From Toensbergia leucococca (lineage: Eukaryota): a DNA stretch of 45,335 nt. The stretch lies in contig JALDZS010000186.1 in NCBI GenBank assembly GCA_022813965.1, positions 1 to 45,335 of the forward strand. The letters are read 5' to 3'. The notes beneath the pieces are model-generated. The model saw nothing but the letters and a program-made list of their open reading frames with translations. It was not told the DNA's origin and did not search any database. The stretch's first letter is position 1. Each line of letters begins with the position of its first letter. The position numbers were made by a program, and so were the translations under genes. Shown here piece after piece: positions 1 to 10,765 of the stretch.

Positions 1-99
1 CTAACCCTAACCCTAACCCTAACCCTAACCCTAACCCTAACCCTAACCCTAACCCTAACCCTAACCCTAACCCTAACCCTAACCCTAACCCTAACCCTA
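1..99. repeat. Telomeric repeat (CCCTAA)n / (TTAGGG)n, chromosome end
   Basis: About 16 perfect CCCTAA units at the start of the window, with the C-rich strand at the 5' end. Confidence 0.99.
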
Positions 100-101
100 G
101 G

Positions 102-324
102 CTCTCAGCCTTCATGAAGATACACCTGATATTTCATGTCACGCACCTCTGAGCTGCTGTCACAGACCCTCTTCCTGAGCAAATCAACGCCCCTCCTAGG
201 TCAGTGATAGTTGATGATCAGGATAAATGAGTAATAGATGAGATCATTAATTCCTGCTGTACTGAGATCAACCACCGCCTTCAATACTGAGTCAAATGAC
301 ACAACTACCCCTGAGATAACACCT
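102..324 (+). mobile_element. Degenerate Ty3/Gypsy (chromovirus) integrase C-terminus plus partial chromodomain
   Basis: The frame from 102 reads LSAFMKIHLIFHVTHL*AAVTDPLPEQINAPPRSVIVDDQDK*VIDEIINSCCTEINHRLQY*VK*HNYP*DNT. This matches the chromovirus pattern (KIHPVFHVSLL..DPLPGQ..PP.V.VDG..EW.V.EI.DSR...LQYRVKW.GYP.DNTW), with TGA stops at Arg/Trp codons. Confidence 0.9.
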
Positions 325-362
325 TAGACTCATTGATTGAAAGTTCAACCAATGAGTCTAAG
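323..362. repeat. Fold-back inverted repeat (19-bp arms, 1 mismatch, 2-nt loop)
   Basis: cttagactcattgattgaa-ag-ttcaaccaatgagtctaag. Confidence 0.95.
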
Positions 363-466
363 CCCAAGTCTCTAAAGCGTGACGTAGAGCTCATTTCTGA
401 GACACTGATCTCAAGCTCATCAGCGACCATAGCAAGGACGCGTTTACTGCTCCATTCAGGGAAATG
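335..466 (-). pseudogene. Truncated acyl carrier protein (phosphopantetheine-binding) domain, in frame with and downstream of the 467-2098 gene's stop
   Basis: Reading past the TAG at 467-469 gives HFPEWSSKRVLAMVADELEISVSEMSSTSRFRDLGLDSLVELSI, with the PKS-ACP F.DLG.DSL motif (Ser codon 353-355). Confidence 0.8.
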
Positions 467-2098
467 CTAATAATTGTTGTATATCTTATGACTTGCCATT
501 GAGGCTGAGTCAGCGGCGGAGGATGACGCCGATACGGTCGATTCAGAAAGATACCCTAAGGGGACTGACGAACTGTCCTTATCTTGTTCGCTCCACGCTG
601 ACGCCTCTCTATCACTTTTCATCACTATGTTGTCACTCTCAAATAAAGCCTGCAAGGTGGTGAGGTCCATCATATAGATCTGCATATTTTTGAAAGACCT
701 GCGTTCCATCCTCAATCTCTTGAAAAGGTTATCGCCCTCGTAAACATCGGAGCTAGGAGTGGCAATCATGTTCTGCTCCGCCATTTTGCTTGCAAGCGCG
801 CGAAATGGCTGTGGAGGGGCTTCTCTTGTGATTGAATACCAGACTCCGCACCTTGGACTGGACATCGATCAGTAATGGTTGGATTCATACCTCTTCAAGA
901 CTCACCATCTTTTGCCCTCCTCATTTTTTGATATGATAGCATGCGGGTTGCATCCGGGATTCGGACAGCCGCTATATTGAGCAGACAAGTCCACCCCTAT
1001 TCTCATTGCCATGGTGATACTCATTCCAGGTATGAGGTTTTCATGATCCGAGGAAGTGATTCTTCGGACTTGATTCGTCATTTCATATAAATCGTACTCA
1101 CCAGAAGAGACTTTGTCTTGGCCTGGACCATTTCGAAATTGTTCGAGTATTATGGCATGCACTTTCTGCCATTCGAGTCAGAACATGCTACCGGAAAATG
1201 ATCGACACACTTACGCCCCAGTTATACTCAGATGGGATCGGTAACTTGCGGCCAAGTGCGTCTTCGAGCCAGACTGGAACCTGAAGCTGAGACCATCCAT
1301 GACTGAGACCTGGGGGCTGTAGGGACTGTTGCTGCCATGTTATGAAACTCATCAGTTTCAAATTATAGATCCAGACTTGACGTGCTAAGTAGAACAGCAC
1401 TGGTATCAATTTTCTAAGTCCAGTCAGTAGAGCGGTGTGTCAATCATTGAAACGTTGCCCAACTACGTACGTTGTAGCTACATTCGTGAAAAGACCAAAT
1501 CGCTGCCTTTGCGCGTCCAGCTCGTTCTGTATCGTCTGCAGCGCTACCTGTGTAGCTGTCAGGCTATCTTCTAAGGACTTCTGTCTCTCAATGGCTGCTT
1601 CAGACAGTGCAGTTTGGGCAGCACTGCAATATTATCAGAAGCAGACTCGCAAACATTGACCGGCAATGAGACTCACAGTCCCAGAGTCATCAATCGCATG
1701 TTGAGGCTACCAACATGCGCCATGAGGTAGGTCCTAAGCCGTTGTACCTCCTCGTCCATAGAGAAACCCCACTCAAGCTTGATTTTCCAAAGTTTCATCC
1801 TTTGTGATCTGTTGAGTGTCCCCTGCATTTGAAGGCGCTCGAACTTTCTCATCTTATCAGCAAATTCGTTCAATGGAAGGCGGCATGTCAGTGCTGTGAC
1901 TTTCACAGCTGTAATTGCAGCAGTCTGCTCGGGGATACATTTCAGATGTTCTATCTCATCAAGTGCTCGCTTTAGATTGTGTAGTTCAACGACAAGCTCG
2001 TTATATTCCGAAGTCGAGGATGATCGTAGACACGAGCAGATGTCAGCAATGAGCTTTGCGGCAGCCACAAAGTCCCCGACTGAAAATCCAAAAGACAT
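467..2098 (-). CDS. Fungal N-terminal (HeLo/SesA-like) domain + ubiquitin-like domain protein, 5 exons, about 474 aa
   Basis: Exons are 2098-1677, 1623-1471, 1413-1215, 1165-906 and 857-467 (1425 nt, in frame). Introns are 48-57 bp with GTRAGT/GTACGT donors, CTGAY branch sites and YAG acceptors. The N-terminus is MSFGFSVGDF. Ubiquitin-like motifs are VWLEDALGRKLPIP, F..GPG..KV..GEY and LIPGMSITM, followed by CPNPGC...CPRCGVWY. Confidence 0.85.
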
Positions 2099-2370
2099 CT
2101 TTCTTCGAGGACTATGTATGACTGGTGCTAGATGCAAAACCTTGGATTTAAAGTTGCTTGAATCAATACCTGCTAACGATAAAAGATACTTTGATGATGA
2201 GGCACCGAGGTAGCTTAGTCAGAAGAACATGATATATCCGCCAGCTAATAACACAGCATGCATGAGAAGATGATCTCTACAAAAATCAAGAGAAAGGCCT
2301 GATTTATTTTTTACTAAATTCTACTCTACTGTTCAAAGAAAGAAACACGTTAAATAAATACATAAGTTTA

Positions 2371-3353
2371 GAGTCTTAATATTCTGACACTCTATTCTGA
2401 TAACCTAATACCCTTACCTTAACAAGTGTAACCTTAGAGAATCATCATGATTTCACATCACATATGCATCTGATTCTCAATTATCATGCAAGCCTTTACT
2501 TGTTCTATTCACATGTCATCTAAAAGTCAGATTCTCTAGAAACTTATTGTGATTTCACATCTAATTCTGAGTTGAGATCCCTCAGTCTTTAGATGCATGA
2601 TCACTCTTAGGTGCACAGAGAATCATTCAGATTTCACATTATATCAGCAATTGATTCTCTATCACTATACAAGTCATTTACTCATTCTATTTGTGTGTCA
2701 TCTAAAAGTTAAATAATCTCAGAGACAAAGCATGCTTTTATATCATATCTTGACTTAATTTCTCTTACTCTCAGGTATATAAGCACTCTCTAAGTGTCAA
2801 AACATCACAAATTTAAAAGCTGTTTACACTCTAAATCATCTACATCTTGCATGCTATAAACAGCTTAGTCTTCATCTAAATAGCATGATTCTTCTTTTTC
2901 TTATCAGTTCTTATACCTAACTTTTAGTCTTATTTCTGACTCTGCCCTCAGCCTCATCCTTGCTCTGTCTAAATAACTTAATCTACTCAATAAAATTCAG
3001 AAGAGTCTCACTGAGTAGTGATGATTAGCAGTTATACTCAGTGCAAACTGATAAAGGTGAAGATTTGTAAAAGATAAGGTAGGTAGATACATAATGAGGT
3101 AATAAACTGATTTGAAATGAGGTAGAAAATCATGAACATTTTCTAGAAGTTTAGATAAGTCTTGTTATCAAATTGCATGCAATTGAGAAGATAAATAGTG
3201 TACAAAAGAGATTGAGAATTGAGTGCAAATGTAGTGAGAAATCATGATGATTCCCTATTCTACATTGCGCCTTACATAACACCGTTACCTAATCAGGTAA
3301 TATTATGGGGGGGTTTCAAGATATTGAAATGGGGTTTTAGGATATTAGGACTC
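2371..3353. mobile_element. Degenerate non-autonomous long-TIR DNA transposon (copy 1; same family as 14780-16518)
   Basis: Its ends GAGTCTTAATATTCTGACAC... and ...TTTTAGGATATTAGGACTC are inverted. The left ~430 bp align with the reverse complement of 16070-16518, with many C>T/G>A changes. The element is AT-rich and CpG-poor. Confidence 0.8.
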
Positions 3354-3427
3354 ATTTATCTTCAACTCAACAATCAATTACCACAGTCTCAAAATACACT
3401 TTGAATCTTAGATAACATTCTTCATCA

Positions 3428-4822
3428 TTAGTCCTTATCACTCCGCCAATAGTGATGAATAAGGTGATCCGGCAGTACCGACGTCTCCTTTCTAGAGGCA
3501 AAGATCGCCAACCGCAGCGGCTTGACCTTGTGGTTACACACAGCAATACAAGCTCCACCATGTGCTGCCCTAGCTGTCTCACGCAGATCAGTGACCAATT
3601 GAACCATCTTCCGTAAGCCATCCTGGTTGGTCTTCTCCCAGTCCGGGAATCGGTCTGTCATGTTCAGAGAATCTACCTTGGTAAACGTACCGCCCTTATG
3701 GGAGCCAATGAATAGATGAGGTGTTCGGCCGAACCAAAGCTGCGGGATCATTTGATTCAGCCAATGTTTACCGCTGCGTGCTTTCACTTCTGCTATGCAA
3801 GAGGAAGGAACGAAATGGCCCCGCTGGACTATATGAGTAGGTTGATACTCGCCCGGCTTTTTCTGAGTTGATTTGGTTAGAGACAGCGACGCAAATGAGG
3901 CTTGCAGACCGTCATTCTGTTGTAGAGAGGCTGCATTGAAACCCGCTCTTTCAGGTTCTGCAGAATAGCCATCCTCTTGGCACCATGCATCGACCTCGAA
4001 CCTGACAACGCAGGACAGAGTCCCTATGAGTAGCGGATTACGCGATGGTGACCGCTGCTATCCTCAATTCCCGCTGCCGGCTGCGTAAAAGCCCTTTCAA
4101 AGTTATGTCCAAAACCCGAGTTTTGATTTCCATGAATCATTTCGCGAGTATTGCGTTCACGGCGCGTTAAGAACAGCGTATTGTTGACCAGGTTCAGGTC
4201 TATACGGAAGCTGTCAGGCGCGCGGCCTTTACTGAAGTCAAGTAGCTTCCGTAGGCTATTACGATTAGCAATCAGGTCGACATTGCTGAAATCAAAGTCC
4301 GAGTTCATAATGGAGAGCGCTCCAAAAACAGGCTCGAAGGGATAAGTGGGTAACTTGGCGGCATTTTGGTCTATGAAGTGGGTACCAGAATCTCTGGCGA
4401 GAGTCTTGGGTAGCTCTGCCGGCGTCCACTTTAGGGGAGCTCCTATTTTGTTAGCCTAAGCATTCTCGCATAACTCTCACTGCTGCAAAGTTTTAAAACA
4501 TACCTGGGACGTATATCGACGGCATCTTTCCCTGGTTCCAATTATATGTGCAGACCAGGTCAAATCCAGCGGTGCTCGTAACTTCAGTCAAACTAGGTCC
4601 AAGCTTGAGCGGATCAAAATCTTTCAGTAATTTGCCCGTAGCTTTCGTCAGCCAGGCTGACTTGTCTATGGGTTCGGCGGCCTTCCGTTTGCTCTGTTCT
4701 ACAGCTTGGCCGCGATGAGAACCGAATGGCACCTACCTAGGATCCTGGAGACTAGCTCCTGGTGATTGGTCTTGAAGCCCCGTAGTCTTAGTATCATGGT
4801 TGTGTTCTTTTGCAGTCGCCAT
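3428..4822 (-). pseudogene. Pseudogene of the fungal family commonly annotated 'geranylgeranyl pyrophosphate synthetase' (RAI1/DXO-like)
   Basis: Motifs TYNW...IYVPG|(intron 4443-4503)APLKWTP, DQNAA, NRNSLRKLL, FGHNFE, HHRVIRY, VRFEVDA and PQLWFGRT are present. There is an in-frame TAG at 4733-4735 and a 1-nt deletion at about 4025. Confidence 0.75.
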
Positions 4823-5071
4823 CGCCTTCTTGGTCTGCTATAAATTTGGCTTGCTCCACAATCTCGAAGGTTTAGAGGCAGACATCTGAGGTCAACATTA
4901 CCTATATGGCAAGCTCTGGTTGTTTTATGGGTTTGTCAAGGTACTTGTGCCTGTGCCCGAATTGATTGCTTACGCGGTTGACTGCATCGCTAGACGTTTT
5001 TCCTTGAGTCCCTCGGAGATGCTAAGATTTTCATTTATCATTTTTTGTCTTCACTCTTGAAATGAAGTAGG

Positions 5072-5683
5072 TCACAAAACCTCGCGTTCGAGAGATGGTG
5101 AATCTACAATCTGTTTGACACGTTGAAGAACTGTCTGATTCTTGCCATGTCCTTCATAACCAGTCCAAGCCTCTTCAACCAACCCAAACAGCTCCCAAAG
5201 ATTGGCCGGTAGCTGCCTCTCATAACCCACGAAGTCTTCGAGCAGCTGCCTCTCAAACCCAACCGAGATAGCGAGCCTACGATTGGTCTTGCTGTAACCA
5301 TACACGGATGTCTCTTCCATGACACCATTCCGAGCCAAATGCAGCAGGCTGAACGGTTGACAAGTGGCTCGATGCTGGACTCTCCAGTTTGCAGCCTCGG
5401 GGCATTGATTTCCAAGGTCGCTAAGACCGACGAAGTCTTCATCCGCGGGGGTCAGGATGCGGCCCATGGCATCGACTGCGATGGAGGAGTTGAACAAGGC
5501 CATCTTGATGCCACTACCGCCCATACTGTTGTAGCTGCTTATCCATCGGACATTGGCAGGCGTGAGCTCTACGTTCTCGGGAGATGGATGAAGAGTTGCC
5601 CGCCCGTACCAGCCAGAGTAATTTGAGGACCACGCTTCATGCGCATTCGGGACGAATGGAAGCCCAGATCTAGTTGAATACAT
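5072..5683 (-). CDS. Hypothetical protein (5' end uncertain)
   Basis: ORF of about 200 aa with normal composition. A hydrophobic in-frame stretch lies upstream of the ATG at 5683. No family recognised. Confidence 0.5.
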   Translation of the reverse strand: MYSTRSGLPFVPNAHEAWSSNYSGWYGRATLHPSPENVELTPANVRWISSYNSMGGSGIKMALFNSSIAVDAMGRILTPADEDFVGLSDLGNQCPEAANWRVQHRATCQPFSLLHLARNGVMEETSVYGYSKTNRRLAISVGFERQLLEDFVGYERQLPANLWELFGLVEEAWTGYEGHGKNQTVLQRVKQIVDSPSLEREVL

Positions 5684-6081
5684 GATGGTTGAGATGATGG
5701 CGACGATCACAGTTAGAAAAGAGATGAAGGTACCATTTATAACAAGAATAATAGATCACACCGTCCGTAGAAATGTCTTCTTTGATGGTCATGGAATATT
5801 CGAGAGAAAGATAAAAGGATTCAGTCTTGATGGGCGAGATGGATGACGTCACACTGCCAACACTCGCAATTGCGAATCTAAATCTAAATCTAAATCTCAG
5901 GCTATAAAACTAACAACGAAAGCACTCAAATCAACTACAGATCTTGAGTTGACGCCCATCAACTCAAGCCCAGACCGAAGGTCTTAGATGTTATCTAATG
6001 ACCAAGGCCTCAACCTGTTTCCTTCTTCCCTCTATCACATCTTAAGAACCCACATTCTTCTCGTCCCATCATCGATCCACC

Positions 6082-6804
6082 ATGTCCAATGACGACCACT
6101 ATTCCGTCCCACAATATGAGAAGGATCCACGATGGACCTCCATCGACACTTATGCCGCCTCACATCTCCATCCTCCTTCGAGATCCAACCACGCCGGTCT
6201 CACTCACGCCATTGAAAACTCCAAAGTGAACAACCTCCCAGATATCGCCTGCTACCCTGGCCAGGGTAAATTCCTCGCCCTCCAAGCTCGAGCTATGGGT
6301 GCAAAGCACATCCTCGAAATCGGCACCCTGGGTGCATACTCAACCATCTGGCTGACGAGTGTCGGGCCTGACGTGCGAATTACAACGATAGAGGTCAGCG
6401 AGAAACATGCGGCAGTGGCACGGGACAACTTGGAGGCGGCAGGTGTGTCGGATCAGGTGGAGCTGCTGGTCGGAAATGCTTTGGAGGTGCTGCCAAAAAT
6501 ATTAGATGAGGTCGAGACGGGAAAGAGGGAGAGGTTCACATTTGTATTCATCGATGCCGACAAGGAATTTGGCTGGGAGTACTTTGACTGGAGTGTCAAG
6601 ATGTGTCGGAAACAAGCTTGTATTATTGTGGATAATGTGGTGAGGAAAGGTCAGCTTGCTGATGCAGGAGACAAAGATACCCGGGTCGTTGGAAGCAGGA
6701 GGGTCGTTGAGAATGCAGGCAAGGATGCTCGCGTTGATGCCGTCGTGCTTCAGACGGTTGGAGAGAAGAACTATGATGGTTTTCTGATGGCCGTTGTGCA
6801 GTGA
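6082..6804 (+). CDS. SAM-dependent O-methyltransferase family 3 (MdmC/CCoAOMT-like)
   Basis: ILEIGTLGAYSTIW, FVFIDADK, IIVDNVVRKG and LQTVGEKNYDGF motifs; intronless, 240 aa. Confidence 0.95.
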   Translation: MSNDDHYSVPQYEKDPRWTSIDTYAASHLHPPSRSNHAGLTHAIENSKVNNLPDIACYPGQGKFLALQARAMGAKHILEIGTLGAYSTIWLTSVGPDVRITTIEVSEKHAAVARDNLEAAGVSDQVELLVGNALEVLPKILDEVETGKRERFTFVFIDADKEFGWEYFDWSVKMCRKQACIIVDNVVRKGQLADAGDKDTRVVGSRRVVENAGKDARVDAVVLQTVGEKNYDGFLMAVVQ

Positions 6805-8194
6805 TGTTAGCCTTGTCGTATTTTTGTGGAGCCCCGTCTCCGACGTTCCACAAGACTTTGCGCTTATATACCACTTCGAGGTAAAAGACCTTCAATGGTC
6901 GAATATCATGCAAGATAGACAGGCTTGCCTGACGTTAGGTAGAGCGTCAATGCTCGGCATGGCCTTTTGGTGGCCTACAACCGTTTGGCGCGTTATCAAG
7001 TTAATTGAGTTGAGGCATTGTGAATCCTATTGACATAGCCTTGAGCTGAAACGGTTCTGTTGCTAAGTCCATATCTACCTCTCCAAAATGTCCGGTGCTG
7101 ATCATGTCTGATCATATTGCTAGCACCGAGCCCGCCCCGTAGCCGTTCAATGTTATGATAGCATCTTTGCTTGAGTCTTTGGTCCAGTTTCTATCGATAG
7201 GTACACAATTCTCAATCGATGTCATCTATTGACAGTCAAGCCATGCCAACTGGAGCGACGAACCAAGATCTTTGATTCGCACGGCCTCGAATTGAATCCA
7301 AGATAACCCTTGAGGCCAAGCGACTCTCGAATGGCTCAAGTCTTGTCCACATTGAACGAGGCCTAGCCTGGAACTGTACTTTGTTAGAAATATCCTTCAT
7401 ATGACACAATTGCAGACTTGTGTGAAGCCTTGGATTTTGAACCGATGCTAGTGAGCACAGCGCCAGATTTATCCCACCCCTCGAACAAAATTGCAAAGAG
7501 CTCCACCAAGTGATCCTTAGGCTCCACGACCTCGGATCTTCTACATCAAGATACTCAAAACACCCTCACCTGAGTTTGCTGGGATGGGGCTCCCTACTTA
7601 CGAGGTAGCTGATGCCTTCGAACAAAGAGTGCTAGTGTCAGCGGGAAGAACAACATACGGTAGGAGCGATTTGCATGGCAACAATGAGCTTGAAGATTCC
7701 GTGGCACTTGCCTACGGAATGGGTCTTAGGCAATGTATGAAAATTGTTGATAGCAAACGAGATAGCGGCCATGGCGAGCCTTTTGTCCATATTGCGAAGT
7801 AAATGTCATAGCTGGCGAGGATTCTTCGTGTTCAAGAGATTCTCATCGGTCAACTAAGATTGAAAAATAGATATGTAAAAGGATCTCTCCTTGCGTTACA
7901 GGCCTTGCAGTGACTCAAGCATGGTGATCCTCCATTGGACTCACCAACGTAAAACTGAAGCTTTCTCTTTCAATTTTCCGAGGTTTCTGGCCTTTGACTT
8001 AAGACTTAACCATCTTCGTCACCAGCGCAACAGAAATGCCGGCGTCCTGCTTTGTGATAAGCTTGCCTGAGCACTCAATTCTCATTGCGTAAAGCGTTGG
8101 GTAAATAGATGTAAGCGTTTCAAGTATTTCTCCGTCGCCGTTCGAAACCAAGAATTCGTAACGAGTCATAAGTGTCTTTTCAGACAGATGCGAC

Positions 8195-9291
8195 TCAGGA
8201 GTCAACTACTCTCAACGCAATCCAAGCTTGAATTATCCCGGTAGCTGATTGAATAAGACCAAATATAATGGTCAGTAGCAGTACAAGAGCAGCAACCCAG
8301 AAGGTCCACCATTGAACTCTCTTCCGATTATCATACCACCATTGAGAGATTGTATGCGGGTCAGACTCATCAAAGGTCTGTTTCAAGATAACTAGTCGAT
8401 CTCTCCAGTATTTGAAATGTTCGATCTGACGTTTCGACGCTTCGAGGTGTCCACACGCTGCGGCTGCTGAGTCAAGCTTAAGCTTTCTTTGCTTCTGTTT
8501 GTACCACTTTTTTGAATTTGCATCAGTCGATGGTAGGAGCAAAGCCAGAGTACGGAGAGTCTCATCAATCAGCTCTGCAGCAAACAGATTGCTGTAAGCA
8601 TTTAATTAGTGTCAGTATCGACGCCAGGAACACGGAAGCTTCGAGATTAAGGTTGCCTACCTCTTGCCCTCTTGATGAAGCCTCAGGAAGGACGCCTGAT
8701 GGAATAGATGAACAGTAGTGTCGTCGTCCATTAATAGCAAGTAATCGGCAAGGTTACTTGTCTAGTGGATCTTCAAGCCCGCGATTCTTTCAAGATTTGC
8801 AGCTCGGAATATCTTAGGTAATTTAGTAGTTTTAGTCAGCACATATTCTGGTGGCAGATGAGCTGCCATGGTGTCTGGCAAGCTGCCATCCATCCAATCG
8901 ATACTTTGGCCTAGACTAAGACAATTCTTGAGGACTCCGATCGAGACTACAGACCACAGGCGTGCTGCCAAGTCGAGGGAGCCGGTGGTTTTTGGGTCAT
9001 GGTGTGGAGATGGTCCCAAGGACAATCGATTGATGATTGAAGCTCGAGTCTTTCTGGAATCCTTCAGACGACTGATAAAAGAGCACGATGAGTTGTGACG
9101 GACACGTGGCCAGCACGATCGTCACATTGATCTTCGTACCAGTGTTCGAAGTAGGCAGCAAAACCATGGGTGCGGGAGAAGGATTCAGACTTCAAGTCCA
9201 GGTCAAACATTTGATTGATGATGGCGCAACGTACGTTAGGCTTGATGGGCCGGTCGCAGATGTGAGCATCGAGCACATGAGGGAAAGCCAT
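8195..9291 (-). pseudogene. Pseudogene of a conserved uncharacterised fungal family with C-terminal TM helix
   Basis: Motifs FRAANLERIAGLKIH*TSNLADYL, FHQASFL, ETLRTLALLLP and WRDRLVILKQTFDE..P.TISQWWYD.R..VQWWTFW. The Trp position is TAG at 8762-8764, there is a frameshift at about 9075-9085, and an intron at about 8592-8660. Confidence 0.75.
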
Positions 9292-9991
9292 TGGTGAGGC
9301 ATCATGTAGAAGAGACGCGGTTTATATTTGATTGAGATGTGGATGCGGTCAGTAGATTACAGGGCTGTCATATCAGCACTGTAGTGGCACTCTCATTTCG
9401 TATTCTATTGACAAGAATCCTTGCCTACACTCGACGTCAGGAGTTAAAATCCTCCGAAAAATGAAGTCTTAGTACAACGTCAAGACCAGGCCCAGAGTCA
9501 AGTCACGAGAGCATAATAGATGATATACTAAGACGGAGGAAGAAAGGTGTAGGTGGTGAGGTGTCTCCATACAAATACCCTCAGTCCCTAGATCAGGTGT
9601 TAGGGCTTAGCGAGCCAACTGAATCATTAACACACGAGAAGCTTCGCGAGGCAACAACACGAAATTCATAACAAGAGTGCAGGATTGATGTACATTGAAT
9701 CTGTGATCGTCAAACAAGCAGAAGCTTTATCTGTCTTCAATAGTGATTGATTGTCTCACACAAACGACAAAACTTCCTTTTCTCTGAACATTCTTCTTCC
9801 GAGTTGAACAACCTCATTGTCTTTGGGCTTGAGACATTCTACCAACGGTATAAGAATCGTGTTAGTTTCTCTTGGAGAGTTTCTCTTCAGTCCTTTAACC
9901 CGCCTCTCAACTAACCCTTTCTACCAGACAGCTTCCTACCATCAAGATCCTACTCAACAATCTTCGTTCATCGAATCCGTTTCAGCAAAAC

Positions 9992-10765
9992 ATGAATCTC
10001 TCGGACAAAGAGCGTGATTTGATCTTTGAGATCGTCAACGTATATCAGCGTGGTGATATGCCCAACATGGAGGGAGATATTCACGAGGATGAGTCCGCCG
10101 TTGAAGAGAAGACGAGTGAGGCAGAATCCAACGGGGGAGTATCCAAGAAGGAGGAATACGACGGCGAAGAATGTGTTGACGGAGTATATTACGACGAAGA
10201 ATCTGATGGCAGTGGGTGCGAGTTCTGTGGCGGGGACTGTCCTCAACGTGGATGCGATCTCTGCGGAGGTGATTGCGTTGAGAGTGAATTCATGAAGGGC
10301 ATGTTCATGTGCTCGTCATGTGGGCGTGGGTTCATTGTTAGTCCCGGTAAGCAGACTAGGGGTTTGAAGATTAAGATGGTTAGACGGTACGCGGGTGTAG
10401 GTGAGGTGCCTCACTGCAACAAGGATTTGACAAGGGGGATCGACTTAGAATTTGATAAGGACGAGGGTAATAAGGACGAAGGTGATATGGACGAGGGTAA
10501 TGAGTGCGAATTTTGTGGTGGTGACTGTGCCCAACGTGGGTGCGATCTGTGCGGAGGTGATTGCGTTGAGGTTGATATCATGGAGGGCATGTTCAAGTGC
10601 TCGTCATGCGGGAGTGAGTTCGTTGTGGGTCCCGGTGAGAAGACTAGTATTATTAGATGGTACGCGGGTGTTGGTGAGGTGCCTTACTGCACCAAGGATT
10701 TGGCAAGCGGGGACGGCGACGATGAGAGAGATGTCCACGCGGACGGAATGGAGGCTGATGAGTAA
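9992..10765 (+). CDS. Acidic Cys-rich protein with duplicated putative metal-binding module
   Basis: 257-aa ORF with two copies of CEFCGGDC.QRGCDLCGGDCVE...M.GMF.CSSCG..F.V.PG...YAGVGEVP.C.KDL. A plausible 5'UTR intron lies at 9848-9927 (GTATAA..CTAAC..CAG). Confidence 0.7.
   Translation: MNLSDKERDLIFEIVNVYQRGDMPNMEGDIHEDESAVEEKTSEAESNGGVSKKEEYDGEECVDGVYYDEESDGSGCEFCGGDCPQRGCDLCGGDCVESEFMKGMFMCSSCGRGFIVSPGKQTRGLKIKMVRRYAGVGEVPHCNKDLTRGIDLEFDKDEGNKDEGDMDEGNECEFCGGDCAQRGCDLCGGDCVEVDIMEGMFKCSSCGSEFVVGPGEKTSIIRWYAGVGEVPYCTKDLASGDGDDERDVHADGMEADE

Noticed and set aside
1..2400. Telomere-linked RecQ helicase or telomere-targeted LINE (MoTeR-like)
   Set aside because: No helicase or RT/endonuclease motifs are present; the adjacent fragment is Gypsy integrase-chromodomain.
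5875..5897. (AATCTA)n microsatellite resembling degenerate telomere
   Set aside because: A short simple repeat lacking the CCC run.
7030..8190. Possible gene relics, also at 18850-19200, 29800-30330 and 35437-35800
   Set aside because: Only short broken frames with no recognisable family.
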